Assembly (NCBI GenBank): GCA_002269645.1
Contig: NIVC01002085.1
Location: forward strand, 9,200 to 73,199
Length of the DNA: 64,000 nucleotides
Direction: 5' to 3'
Source of the DNA: Macrostomum lignano
Lineage: Eukaryota
The notes under the pieces were generated by a model, which worked only from the letters and a program-made list of their open reading frames with translations, made no database searches and was not told the DNA's origin. How positions within the stretch are numbered: position 1 is the first letter of the stretch; the number at the start of each line of letters is the position of its first letter. Below are positions 39,442-53,355 of the stretch, piece after piece. A program made the position numbers and the translations under genes.

Positions 39442-39714
39442 GTGGAAAACAAGAAGCCAGGGAAATGCAGCGCTTCATCAGCCTTTGCTTTACTTTGTTG
39501 TAGCCGTTATTGTCCCATAAATGATTTTCTTTCACCCTCTACTCCGGAGCGCTGGAGGGGCTGAGGCGAAGGCCATCTCATGATTGCCGTCGTGAAAGAA
39601 AGTGCTGGAGGCTCTCCAGCCGGCGCAAGTTCAATTAAAATATGAACAGATTTTTTAATTAGACGACATGCGTCACCAGATTGGTGGCTTCAGTTGAGCA
39701 GCAGCTCTTAGGCT

Positions 39715-41240
<1,526 letters not shown>

Positions 41241-41432
41241 GCAGGCACTGCAGACCGACGGGAAGCAAACAGCAGGTGAAAGGGTGCCAGCAGAGCAGTG
41301 CAAGTCAGGCATATAATTTGTCGCCAGCCTCATCTCAGTCGCGTGCGTGTCTGGCCCGAAGCCATTCCAATATATATTTTTTTTACTTTTTTCCATTCTT
41401 CTATATTTTATATTCTCGTGATCTCATGCCAG

Positions 41433-41808
41433 CCTGGGCGCCCCTGATCCGGGATGTGATCTGGGACCTGCGGAAGTGGCATGAGAAGGGGTTGAGCAGG
41501 CGCGGGTTAGGCCGCTCAGGCTAGTCGTTCGCCAAGAGGCAGTGGGGTCTCGGCTCTCGCGAGAAATGCTTTAATAGGATGAATAAGAATGAATAGAAAT
41601 CCTTCGCTAGAATGCTTTCATTACTAAAAAATTAAAATTGACCACAAAACTCCCTATTTTATAAGTTGTGAGCCCCCTATAGTTGATTTTCCGTATTTTC
41701 ACACCAGCCTTAGCTCTAGCAATTTCGAGTATGAAGGATGAAAGTGAAAAGCAAGATGTCGAGCTTAAATTAAGGCAGTGCCAAGAGGACCGACTTGTCT
41801 TCACTTTG
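41433..41808 (+). CDS. Gene B tentative exons (41433 to ~41506 WAPLIRDVIWDLRKWHEKGLSRR; 41708-41808 LALAISSMKDESEKQDVELKLRQCQEDRLVFTL)
   Basis: Good acceptors and protein-like frames, but I could not make the donor phases chain consistently. Confidence 0.3.
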
Positions 41809-42153
41809 GTAAAAAGCTTCATAAATTATTTACAAATACTTCCTCTAACTGGCTGAGTGCTTTGTCAAATAAGCTGTTTTTTGTTATTTTACAGTCACGA
41901 TAATTCTATCAATTTTTCTGTCCTGGTCATGGGTACGTTTTTGCTTTTCCAAGGCCGTTATTTTCTGCCATGTAGTTAAATATGAAGAATTCGTTAAAGC
42001 AAAATATCAGTTTGACCACTTGGAACGCCGCACAAGAATGTTGAGAAATGTTGAGAAACGCTCAAGAATACTCAATTTTGCGTCGGGTCAAAATGTCTAT
42101 ATCTGCTTAATTCAAAATTTCATAATTTTAACCCCCCCCCCCCGACACCGTAG

Positions 42154-42693
42154 GCTCCGCAACAGCCGTTGCCAGACAAGAATTGCGCAATCAATCCATC
42201 TCAATCGATGTCACCATCGACGCTGTACCGGAAGCTGAGGACGCGCAGGACGCTGGTTGTGACGCCGAGGTTCGCGACGCTCTTGTTGCCACCAAAATCA
42301 ACGGCTCCCCGGACCAGCAGCAGCAGTCTAGCGCAAAATCCGGCACCATGACATCTCCGACTACACCGAGGCCTGGGAGTCGGCTCGAGCTGCCCGATCA
42401 TCGCGGCGGCAGCTTTCGCAGGCGTTTGTCATCGTCGTTGCAGCAGCAGCAGCAGCAGGACAGACGAGTTTCCGGCTGCAGCGCAATCTCTGTTGGCTGC
42501 GACAGCATGAGCATCATGAGCGGCGGCAGTCTGGCGATGTACTACCGCAATGCCGATGGGAACGGTGAGTTGTTGCGGATAGTTCGAAAAATATTTGCCT
42601 TTGGCTATACAAAGCAAGTCTCAAAGAGTATAACTTTTCACTCCGGAAATGCTGTCACCAGCGAATATTTACTGCAATACTGTCAAGTTACAG
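42154..42693 (+). CDS. Gene B large exon, Ser/Gln-rich low-complexity region followed by ELLRIVRKIFAFGYTKQ
   Basis: Acceptor after poly-C (ccgtag), phase 1. The frame stays open to 42725. Donors possible at 42565 (gtgagt) or 42694 (gtttat), both phase 1. GC-rich with CAG runs. Confidence 0.75.
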
Positions 42694-42863
42694 GTTTATA
42701 TGCGATTTACTCACAGTTAAAGTAGAAAGTGTTCTTCTTTTTTGGGACACAAGTTTAGATGTCCAGATCTTAGGTTCATTTCGTTTTATTTTAAGTTAAT
42801 TCAACAGCGAACGTTAAAGAACTTCAGTTTAAAAGAAAACCTCTGTTTACAATGAAATCTAAG

Positions 42864-43499
42864 TTCGTCAGTTTTTGGAAGAAATGCATACGCTCGGGCT
42901 CGACGCTTCTGAGGGAATGGCGTAAATTAATGAAAGATATTACTTATAGTACTATACAATTCGGCTTGAAAGAAAACTGCAAGAAAATTGTTAGCTTTAC
43001 CAAAGAATCTTTTCGCTACGTATATACCTTACAATTAATGTGTGTCAAAACTCCCCTGCGTCTCGGTCTCAAAAGCTTGCGCACGCGCTCCGCCCAGAGC
43101 TCATCTGCCCTAATTGACTGTTCCCTGTACCTGCAGATTGTGTGTTGCTCCACCCTAGCGACTGACTGACTAACTTGAAAAGAAAGTCTGTCTGTCTGCC
43201 CCGTCAAGTGTAAATAAGTCACGATGTGTACGTTTCATCCAGCTCGCATCTGTACCTGATCAGCCAAGCGTCAAGTATTGTTCAGCAGCTGCGGGGGTTC
43301 AGTTGGTGTAAGCTTACAAGGATTAGCGCGCGGCAGATTTGACGGAATTAAGCCCCTTCCAACAGCTGTAGCTGGACAGCTGTAATGCATATGCTTGGGC
43401 GGCCGTGAAATCCCCACTCTGTGTTGCTTTGTGCAAGTCATTTCTCCTCAGGCGTGAGGCGCGTTTTCTACAACGGAAAAATCAATTCCCTCGTGAAAA
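42864..43499 (+). CDS. Gene B cluster of four small candidate exons: 42864-42921, 43076-43141, 43243-43307, 43452-43499
   Basis: Phases chain 1-2, 2-2, 2-1, 1-1 without stops: VRQFLEEMHTLGLDASEGMA / LRTRSAQSSSALIDCSLYLQIV / SHLYLISQASSIVQQLRGFSW / CVRRVFYNGKINSLVK. Some splice sites are weak (AAG acceptors, gtgttg donor). Confidence 0.45.
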
Positions 43500-43920
43500 G
43501 TACTTGATGCTCACTACAGCTTATACAGGTTTTATGTATCCATCCATATTGATTGGACTTATTGCAGACCAACAACTAAGGTGACAGAGCTCGCCAGCTG
43601 TGAAAAGTCATCACCCTCATAACACTGTGTGAGGCAGTACCGATCCATGCAATTACTTGTAAAATGGCACAGGTGCAACTTGATGGGTATTTTCGAATCG
43701 CAAGATATTCTATTCCTCTACTGATAAGTAGACTGTTAAACGTTATAATTTCATGATTAAGAATATTAACTTCCTGAGCTGCTGCTCCAAAATTTGATTG
43801 TTTTTTTTCAATTTTATCGATTTTATTTAGGTGCATACATGTTCCAGCTATGCTGCTTTCTTTCTAACGTACTTTTATAGCCAGAGTTTTTAGATTAATC
43901 TTCTATTAATCTGCATTTAA

Positions 43921-44117
43921 GGGAGCCGTAGCCCAGTAGCCAGCGGCCCAGGCTCGATTCCAAGTGCAGTCACATTAATTTGGGGCTGAATTGGAATCTC
44001 GGCTTGGCTCTGCTCGTGCAATTAACGGCCTTGAGAGCCAACCCCCCAAGGCGCAGTCAAGGACTACTTAAGTAGTCCTTGGGCGCAGTGAAGTGTACAT
44101 GCCTAACGATAATATAA
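43921..44117 (+). mobile_element. SINE-like element with degenerate Pol III boxes and a perfect 24-bp palindrome
   Basis: GGGAGCCG start, TAGCCCAGTAG (A-like) and GGCTCGATTCC (B-like) boxes with abnormally short spacing; palindrome at 44058-44081. Confidence 0.4.
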
Positions 44118-44202
44118 AGTTAGGGCCGCTGTACACTCCTGTGTGAGTGTGTGCCTGTGCGTATGACTGCGTACGTATCCGCGCACTTGTGTACCTGCTC
44201 AG

Positions 44203-44288
44203 GGGAGTCGGCGGAATGGGCAGTAATGCCTCTCGCCGGTTGTGCGACAATGTCGCTTAAAGTGCGCCAGGGTGCACACAGCCTTCTG
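44203..44288 (+). CDS. Gene B candidate exon (RESAEWAVMPLAGCATMSLKVRQGAHSLL)
   Basis: Acceptor cctgctcag, donor gtaata, phase 1 to 0, bridging 43499 and 46929. Confidence 0.5.
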
Positions 44289-44667
44289 GTAATATAATAA
44301 TTTAACCTCTGTTTTGCTACTGACACCATACCGGCAATTATACTAGTTTAACATTAAGCTACAGGTAAGATTTAAATTGATGAAAAAGCTGGCTGCAAAC
44401 TCATGATGACAATTTCTCCTCATTTTAAGCAAAATTTACTGACAACAGCTATCTCGCATGCCCCTAAAAGCAAATATTTTACTCCAGTCAAGCATAAAAG
44501 TACACAGGTGTAACAATCACCTGCATTATATCTTTTATCGCTTGTTCTCGCCGCCCTAGACCTCCCAATGAGATCGTGTTCCCAAAAAATTTAGGCAATT
44601 TTCATCAAATCCCTTGGGGGCGGGGAGAATTCTCGAACTCATTCTTTGCTGAAGTTGAAAAGAACTC

Positions 44668-45690
44668 AGATCTCAGATCCCTTCAAGTTTATCTCAGATC
44701 CCTTCAAGTTTATCTCAGATCCCTTCAAGTTTATCTCAGATCCCTTCAAGTTTATCTCAGATCCCTTCAAGTTTATCTCAGATCCCTTCAAGTTTATCTC
44801 AGATCCCTTCTAGTTTATCTCAGATCCCTTCTAGTTTATCTCAGATCCCTTCAAGTTTATCTCAGATCTCCTCAAGTTTATCTCAGATCTCCTCAAGTTT
44901 ATCTCAGATCTCCTCAAGTTTATCTCAGATCTCCTCAAGTTTATCTCAGATCTTCTCAAGTTTATCTCAGATCCCTTCAAGTTTATCTCAGATCTCCTCA
45001 AGTTTATCTCAGATCCCTTCAAGTTTATCTCAGATCCCTTCAAGTTTATCTCAGATCCCTTCAAGTTTATCTAAGATCCCTTCAAGTTTATCTCAGATCT
45101 CCTCAAGTTTATCTCAGATCTCCTCAAGTTTATCTCAGATCTCCTCAAGTTTATCTCAGATCTCCTCAAGTTTATCTCAGATCTCCTCAAGTTTATCTCA
45201 GATCCCTTCTAGTTTATCTCAGATCCCTTCAAGTTTATCTCAGATCTCCTCAAGTTTATCTCAGATCTTCTCAAGTTTATCTCAGATCTTCTCAAGTTTA
45301 TCTCAGATCTCCTCAAGTTTATCTCAGATCTTCTCAAGTTTATCTCAGATCTTCTCAAGTTTATCTCAGATCCCTTCAAGCTTATCTCAGATCTTCTCAA
45401 GTTTATCTCAGATCCCTTCAAGCTTATCTCAGATCTTCTCAAGTTTATCTCAGATCCCTTCAAGTTTATCTCAGATCTTCTCAAGTTTATCTCAGATCCC
45501 TTCAAGTTTATCTCAGATCTCCTCAAGTTTATCTCAGATCTTCTCAAGTTTATCTCAGATCCCTTCAAGCTTATCTCAGATCCCTTCAAGTTTATCTCAG
45601 ATCTTCTCAAGTTTATCTCAGATCCCTTCAAGTTTATCTCAGATCTCCTCAAGTTTATTACGTATCTCCTCAAGTTTATCTCAGATCCCT
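44668..45690. repeat. 21-bp minisatellite (TCAGATCCCTTCAAGTTTATC)n, about 48 copies
   Basis: Direct periodicity with CCCTT/CTCCT/CTTCT variants. Confidence 0.95.
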
Positions 45691-46099
45691 TGTACCCGAT
45701 CTTAGAGCATTCTAAAAATGTATCAAATGACATTGCATGCATTTTGATACCGTTTGGAAACAAGGCTGAGTCCTTAAAAGACGTTTTCGAATGCCTGCCA
45801 CACCCTTTAAACAGTCATGCAGGCTAGATGGGTATAATTTGAGGATCAAGGCCCGCCACTGTAAATAACAGATTAATTATAATCTGATGGTGAATGCCTT
45901 GATGGGACTTCAATCAAGTCGCTCGAGGCACTGACTCTGTCGAAAACAGTTGAAGCGGTTTAAACAAAAGGTCGGGAAAGGATAAGCAGGCCTGCTTTTG
46001 GACAGTCAAAATGAAAAGAGCGGAGAGAAAAAAGAGAGGGATAAAAGAATTGATGATGGAAGTGTAGCTCAATTTTCAATAGGCAGGAGAAACGCGATG

Positions 46100-46686
46100 A
46101 TGATGGAGATGAGAGAGATGAGAGAGATGAGAGAGATGAGAGAGATGAGAGAGATGAAAGAGAGATGGGAGAGATGAGAGAGATGAAAGAGAGATGGGAG
46201 AGATGAGAGAGATGAGAGAGATGAGAGAGATGAAAGAGAGATGGGAGAGATGAGAGAGATGAGAGAGATGAGAAAGATGAGAGAGATGAGAGAGATGAGA
46301 GAGATGAGAGAGATGAGAGAGATGAGAGAGATGAGAGAGATGAGAGAGATGAGAGAGATGAGAGAGATGAGAGAGATAAAAGAGATGAGAGAGATGAGAG
46401 AGATGAGAGAGATGAGAGAGATGAGAGAGATGAGAGAGATGAGAGAGACACAAGAGAGATGAGAGAGATGAGAGAGAGATGAGAGAGATGAGAGAGATGA
46501 GAGAGATGAGAGAGATGAGAGAGATGAGAGAGATGAGAGAGATGAGAGAGATGAGAGAGATGAGAGAGATGAGAGAGAGATGAGAGAGATGAGAGAGATG
46601 AGAGAGATGAGAGAGATGAGAGAGACACAAGAGAGATGGGAGAGATGAGAGAGAGATGAGAGAGATGAGAGAGATGAGAGAGATGA

Positions 46687-46737
<51 letters not shown>

Positions 46738-46755
46738 GAGAGATGAGAGGGAGAG
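46100..46755. repeat. 9-bp purine repeat (GAGAGATGA)n with (GA)n tract
   Basis: Seen directly in sequence. Confidence 0.93.
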
Positions 46756-46928
46756 AGATCAGAACAGAGCAAATGCACTTAAACACTTGCAGAACAAAGC
46801 AAGTAAAAAACGGAAACTCAGCAGCTATCTGATATACTCGTAGAATTTACAGATTCATAGCACGGGTAATTCAATTGCACTCCTCAGGGAGGGGAGCGGG
46901 GCTTAGCCCAGCAAGGAAAATCACTCAG

Positions 46929-47045
46929 GTTGCCGCACGGTGTGTCAACAATGTTGAGAAATTTCTCGCCGTTTCTTCATCTCAAAGGCTCACAAGAGAG
47001 CAACAGGCTGTTGCGCTTCACACCCTCAATTCGTTAGTGCTTCGT
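46929..47045 (+). CDS. Gene B exon (VAARCVNNVEKFLAVSSSQRLTREQQAVALHTLNSLVLR), helical-looking
   Basis: Acceptor tcactcag, donor gtgagg, phase 0 to 0. Confidence 0.65.
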
Positions 47046-47164
47046 GTGAGGTCCCACAAGTTAGGATCTTCTATGGATACTCGAGACTTGAGTGTACTTT
47101 GAGAGAGGCTGTTTTGAAAACATCACTTTGATATTAAGGGCTTGAATAATTTGGGAATAGGAGA

Positions 47165-47530
47165 TTGGAGATGAGATTGCTAGAGATAAAATAATTAGAG
47201 ATAAAATAACGAGGGATGAGAGAATTAGATATGAGAGAATTAGATTAGAATTAGAGAAGTAGAGTTAAGAGAATTAGAGATGAGAGAATCAGAGATGAAA
47301 GAATTAGAGATGAGAGAATCAGAGATGAGAGAAGTAGAGATGAGAGAAGTAGAGATGAGACAATCAGAGAAGAGAAGTAGAGATGAGACAATCAGAGATG
47401 AGACAATCAGAGATGAGACAATCAGAGATGAGACAATCAGAGATGAGACAATCAGAGATGAGACAATCAGAGATGAGACAATCAGAGATGAGACAATCAG
47501 AGATGAGAGAAGTAGAGAAAAGTAGAGATG
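47165..47530. repeat. AG-rich repeat culminating in a near-perfect 15-bp unit (AGAGATGAGACAATC)n
   Basis: Seen directly; degenerate on the 5' side and homogeneous from about 47380 to 47500. Confidence 0.9.
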
Positions 47531-48069
47531 CTGAAGACGAGAGCCGGGAGAATTCTCTTTAAGATAGGAGAGAACAGTGAGAGAACGGAGATGAGAGCTA
47601 GTGCAGACGCAGGAGACAGTGAGGAGTGACACAAACGACAGGAGGGAAGATAAGAGAGGCCAGCCCAACCACTTTAACGATAAAGCGTCTTGAAGGTCAA
47701 CTTAAGCGAGCCGCCCGCTAAGACACTAAAATGGATTGGATTAAGCAAAGTCCTCTCCAGCCAGCTAGCCCACTCCTACTCAAACCCTATAGCTACATCG
47801 CGTCCCTCCCTTGAGACGCGATGAAGGCAATGCAAATATAGTCCACACTAACAGAGCTGACAGGGCAAACCCAAGCATGGCTGCATTTAGAGCGATGGTC
47901 AATCTTTAAACTGAATTTCGCTATTGGGTGCACTGTTGTCTCCTTTCCGGTGCACTCAGGGTTGACGGCCTCGTCTTGACCGAAATCATAGTACTATAAT
48001 TCAGTTGTATAAGTAGCCTCTGCAATACAGTGGTCTGTTCTGACCTAAACTGCATTGATTACATTATAA

Positions 48070-51005
48070 GTGAGAGTCATCAGTGGCGCTAAACTGAGTG
48101 TCATCAGTGGCGCTAAAATGAGTGTCATCACTAGCGCTAAATTGAGTGTCATCAGTGGCGCTAAACTGAGTGTCATCAGTGGCGCTAAACTGAGTGTCAT
48201 TAGTGGCGCTAAACTGAGTGTCATCAGTGGCGCTAAGGCGCTAAACTGAGTGTCATTAGTGGCGCTAAAATGAGAGTCATCAATGGCGCTAAAATGAGAG
48301 TCATCAGTGGCGCTAAAATGAGAGTCATCAATGGCGCTAAAATAAGAGTCATCAATGGCGCTAAAATGAGAGTCATCAGTGGCGCTAAAATGAGAGTCAT
48401 CAGTGGCGCTAAAATAAGAGTCATCAATGGCGCTAAAATGAGAGTCATCAGTGGCGCTAAAATGAGAGTCATCAATGGCGCTAAAATAAGAGTCATCAAT
48501 GGCGCTAAAATGAGAGTCATCAGTGGCGCTAAAATGAGAGTCATCAGTGGCGCTAAAATAAGAGTCATCAATGGCGCTAAAATGAGAGTCATCAGTGGCG
48601 CTAAAATGAGAGTCATCAATGGCGCTAAAATGAGAGTCATCAATGGCGCTAAAATGAGTGTCATCAATGGCGCTAAACTGAGTGTCATCTGTGGCGCTAA
48701 AATGAGAGTCATCACTGGCGCTAAACTGAGTGTCATCACTGGCGCTAAAATGAGAGTCATCAATGGCGCTAAAATGAGAGTCATCAATGGCGCTAAAATG
48801 AGTGTCATCAATGGCGCTAAACTGAGTGTCATCTGTGGCGCTAAAATGAGAGTCATCACTGGCGCTAAACTGAGTGTCATCACTGGCGCTAAACTGAGTG
48901 TCATCAATGGCGCTAAAATGAGAGTCATCAATCGCGCTAAAATGAGAGTCATCAATGGCGCTAAAATGAGAGTCATCAATGGCGCTAAAATGAGAGTCAT
49001 CAGTGGCGCTAAACTGAGAGTCATCAGTGGCGCTAAAATGAGAGTCATCAGTGGCGCTAAAATGAGAGTCATCAGTGGCGCTAAAATGAGAGTCATCAGT
49101 GGCGCTAAAATGAGAGTCATCAGTGGCGCTAAAATGAGTGTCATCAGTGGCACCAAAATGAGTGTCATCAATGGCGCTAAAATGAGTGTCATCAGTGGCA
49201 CCAAAATGAGTGTCATCAATGGCGCTAAAATAAGAGTCAGCAGTGGCGCTAAAATGAGTGTCAGCAGTGGCGCTAAACTGAGTGTCAGCAGTTGCGCTAA
49301 ACTGAGTGTCATCACTGGCGCTATAAAGAGTGTCATTACTGGCGCTAAAATGAGAGTCATCACTGGCGCTAAACTGAGTGTCATCAATGGCGCTAAACTG
49401 AGTGTCATCAATGGCGCTAAAATGAGAGTCATCACTGGCGCTAAACTGAGTGTCATCACTGGCGCTAAACTGAGTGTCATCAATGGCGCTAAAATGAGAG
49501 TCATCAATGGCGCTAAAATGAGAGTCATCAATGGCGCTAAAATGAGAGTCATCAATGGCGCTAAAATGAGAGTCATCAATGGCGCTAAACTGAGAGTCAT
49601 CAGTGGCGCTAAAATGAGAGTTATCAGTGGCGCTAAACTGAGAGTCATCAGTGGCGCTAAAATGAGAGTCATCAGTGGCGCTAAAATAAGAGTCATCAGT
49701 GGCGCTAAACTGAGAGTCATCAGTGGCGCTAAAATGAGAGTCATCAGTGGCGCTAAACTGAGAGTCATCAGTGGCGCTAAACTGAGAGTCATCAGTGGCG
49801 CTAAAATGAGAGTTATCAGTGGCGCTAAAATAAGAGTCATCAGTGGCGCTAAAATGAGAGTCATCACTGGCGCTAAACTGAGTGTCATCAGTGGCGCTAA
49901 AATGAGAGTCATCAGTGGCGCTAAAATATGAGTCATCAGTGGCGCTAAACTGAGAGTCATCAGTGGCGCTAAAATGAGAGTCATCAGTGGCGCTAAAATG
50001 AGTGTCATCAGTGGCACCAAAATGAGTGTCATCAATGGCGCTAAAATGAGTGTCATCAGTGGCACCAAAATGAGTGTCATCAATGGCGCTAAAATAAGAG
50101 TCAGCAGTGGCGCTAAAATGAGTGTCAGCAGTGGCGCTTAACTGAGTGTCAGCAGTTGCGCTAAACTGAGTGTCATCACTGGCGCTATAAAGAGTGTCAT
50201 TACTGGCGCTAAAATGAGAGTCATCACTGGCGCTAAACTGAGTGTCATCAATGGCGCTAAACTGAGTGTCATCAATGGCGCTAAAATGAGAGTCATCACT
50301 GGCGCTAAACTGAGTGTCATCACTGGCGCTAAACTGAGTGTCATCAATGGCGCTAAACTGAGTGTCATCAATGGCGCTAAAATGAGAGTCATCACTGGCG
50401 CTAAACTGAGTGTCATCACTGGCGCTAAACTGAGTGTCATCAATGGCGCTAAAATGAGAGTCATCAATGGCGCTAAAATGAGAGTCATCAATGGCGCTAA
50501 AATGAGAGTCATCAATGGCGCTAAAATGAGAGTCATCAATGGCGCTAAACTGAGAGTCATCAGTGGCGCTAAAATGAGAGTTATCAGTGGCGCTAAACTG
50601 AGAGTCATCAGTGGCGCTAAAATGAGAGTCATCAGTGGCGCTAAAATAAGAGTCATCAGTGGCGCTAAACTGAGAGTCATCAGTGGCGCTAAAATGAGAG
50701 TCATCAGTGGCGCTAAACTGAGAGTCATCAGTGGCGCTAAACTGAGAGTCATCAGTGGCGCTAAAATGAGAGTTATCAGTGGCGCTAAAATAAGAGTCAT
50801 CAGTGGCGCTAAAATGAGAGTCATCACTGGCGCTAAACTGAGTGTCATCAGTGGCGCTAAAATGAGAGTCATCAGTGGCGCTAAAATATGAGTCATCAGT
50901 GGCGCTAAACTGAGAGTCATCAGTGGCGCTAAAATGAGAGTCATCAGTGGCGCTAAAATATGAGTCATCAGTGACGCTAAAATGAGAGTCATCAATGGCG
51001 CTCTG
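48070..51005. repeat. 24-bp satellite (TCATCAGTGGCGCTAAAATGAGAG)n, about 122 copies, with a ~0.9-kb internal block duplication
   Basis: Landmark variants recur at 864 bp (TATAAAGAG at 49322 and 50186) and 960 bp (AAAATATG at 49921 and 50881). Confidence 0.97.
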
Positions 51006-51288
51006 ATGAGTCATTTTATGTTTCTGCATCGATCGGAGAAGCCCTAATCTAAAAAGTAATTCAAAGCTTCACCCTCCCTCTCCTTGATGCCCCTCTCCTC
51101 CAGGCTCACTTTAAATCCGCAATGATTAAAATTTTATGCATATATTTACATATAGTGCATGTGTATCCAGTGGCATATTTATTCAAATTAGCCCTGAAAT
51201 TAATTATTTCCTAGTCCCGACAATTATGAAGAGACGACAGACAGAGAGACTTTCCTTCATCAGTCATTCGTCTTCCTATGCCATCCAG

Positions 51289-51786
51289 CCTGCACTTCAT
51301 CTTTATTCTCCCATTCGCGCAGAGCTTGCAGCCTCCCCAGAACCGGCTGGGCCGCCATCCCCAGCCCTCTTGTTTAAAATTAAGCGAGCTGCCGGCAAGC
51401 TTCGGTCGGTTATTAGAGAAAAAAGGCAAGCTTGCTGAGAAACAAAAATCCAACAGTCTCGGAGAGCATGGCTTTGACATCGATAGACGAGAATCCTCAG
51501 CTGAATCATCATCGCCCAGAATCCGTCCGACCAGCTGAAGGCTTCGGCGATGAGGCGGCCAGCTTGATGCCGCCGCCAAGCCCGACGCCCAGGCCGAGTC
51601 TTGTGGGAGGCTCGTCCAGTCCTATGTTCCAAGCAGGCAGCAGTCCGTTCTTGCAGTCCAGAGGTCGAAACAGCAGCTTGTCGCTAAGCATCACTAGGCG
51701 AACTTCCATTTTGATGGCGCTGCAGCAGTTCGATCAGGACGGGAGCAGGGCGGAGTTTGGAGACTATCTGGAAGAATTTCTAGACG
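51289..51786 (+). CDS. Gene B exon, Ser/Pro-rich (…MALTSIDENPQ…GDYLEEFLD); 5' boundary uncertain
   Basis: Donor gtgagt at 51787. The frame from 51432 is protein-like. The phase-0 acceptor at 51289 joins it only if one A is missing from the A6 run at 51419-51424; otherwise the exon starts at the phase-1 acceptor at 51457. Confidence 0.7.
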
Positions 51787-51894
51787 GTGAGTGATTGAAT
51801 GAGTTGGTGAGTTCTGCGAGCATGCTTTGATGAGTGATTATGAGTGACCGAGATTATGAAATTATAGCTAATAATATTGTGAGCTTATGAGTTT

Positions 51895-52260
51895 ATGAGG
51901 TAATGAGTTTATGAGCTTGTGAACTCATGAGTTTATCAGTTTACTAGCTTATGATTTCATGAGTTTATGTGTCTAAGAGTTAATTAGCTTATGAATTCAT
52001 GAGTTTATAATTTCATGAGTTAGTTTATGAGTTCATGAGTTCATTAGCTTATGGATTCATGAGTTTATGAGTTCATTAGCTTATGAATTCATGAGTTTAT
52101 GAGTTCATTAGCTTATGAATTCACGAGTTTATGAGTTCATTAGCTTATGAATTCACGAGTTTATGAGTTCATTAGCTTATGAATTCACGAGTTTATGAGT
52201 TCATTAGCTTATGAATTCACGAGTTTATGAGTTCATTAGCTTATGAATTCACGAGTTAAT
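51895..52260. repeat. Degenerate ~32-bp AT-rich minisatellite built on TGAGT/ATGAAT motifs
   Basis: TTATGAATTCACGAGTTTATGAGTTCATTAGC, period 32 (52081 to 52113), with decaying flanks. Confidence 0.88.
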
Positions 52261-52787
52261 TTTTTAATGAATTTTTTGAGTTTATGTGAGTTGACGAGTT
52301 GTCTAATGAATAGTGTATATGAATTGCGAATTATGAACTGCATGAGTTCATGGGCGAATTGATGAATGAATGAGTTCTTGATTTCGTGAGTTTATGATAA
52401 TGTATGAGTTTGCGAGCGAATGAGTCCACGCGCGAAGATTAACTTACACAAAATTTTGTTTCCTGGCAAAATTGCAGTTTGCGAATCAACCACCAACTAT
52501 GCATAGAGGACAGTGTCGAGTGTTTTAAAACATTTCTGTTACTATTTGCTTTGATCTCAGCTCAAGCACATTGCAGCGCTGCATTATTGAACAGATGATA
52601 TAATCTAGAAATTTATACATGCAAGCGAAATGCTTTTAGCTCGTTCATACGTATCGATCGCTTGACAGGGACTCCATTTGTTCACGATGGCAGCTGAATT
52701 ATTCATGGGGATAGGAGTGTATTTCTGACAAGAGCTGCTTTTCTGGTTGCTATGCAGCATTGCGTACAGCCTGTAGGAAAGAAAAAT

Positions 52788-53067
52788 ATCCCGATCAGAG
52801 ATCCCGATCAGAGATCCCGATCAGAGATCCCGATCAGAGATCCCGATCAGAGATCCCGATCAGAGATCCCGATCAGAGATCCCGATCAGAGATCCCGATC
52901 AGAGATCCCGATCAGAGATCCCGATCAGAGATCCCGATCAGAGATCCCGATCAGAGATCCCGATCAGAGATCCCGATCAGAGATCCCGATCAGAGATCCC
53001 GATCAGAGATCCCGATCAGAGATCCCGATCAGAGATCCCGATCAGAGATCCCGATCAGAGATCCCGA
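52788..53067. repeat. Perfect 13-bp minisatellite (ATCCCGATCAGAG)n, about 21.5 copies
   Basis: No variant units seen. Confidence 0.97.
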
Positions 53068-53148
53068 AGGCGGTAAATAAAATTTGCAGCAAAGAGAAGC
53101 TTTCAAACAAGCAAGCGCAGTCCCAACCCACGCATTTCCTATTTGAAG

Positions 53149-53233
53149 CTCGGCGTTGCCTGTTGATGAGGCAAGCCAGGAAGAGCTGAGATTCTGGACA
53201 GAAAGTGAAGGCGACGCGACGGGGGCATTCTAG
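53149..53233 (+). CDS. Gene B tentative terminal exon (SALPVDEASQEELRFWTESEGDATGAF*)
   Basis: Pyrimidine tract plus AG and an acidic protein-like frame. It is phase 2, so it needs an unidentified intervening exon after 51786. Confidence 0.25.
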
Positions 53234-53355
53234 AAAAGTGAAGGAAGCAAGTCGTCAAATTTATAATACTCTATTGAGTCCGACACTGAGGGATGGCCCA
53301 ACTTATTCTGACTTTCACCTGCCTTAGCTAAGAGAGCAAGTCTTCATCCTTCTCC

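Noticed and set aside
44576-45763. RSLQVYL / GSEINLK repeat ORFs
   Set aside because: 21-bp intronic satellite, open on both strands.
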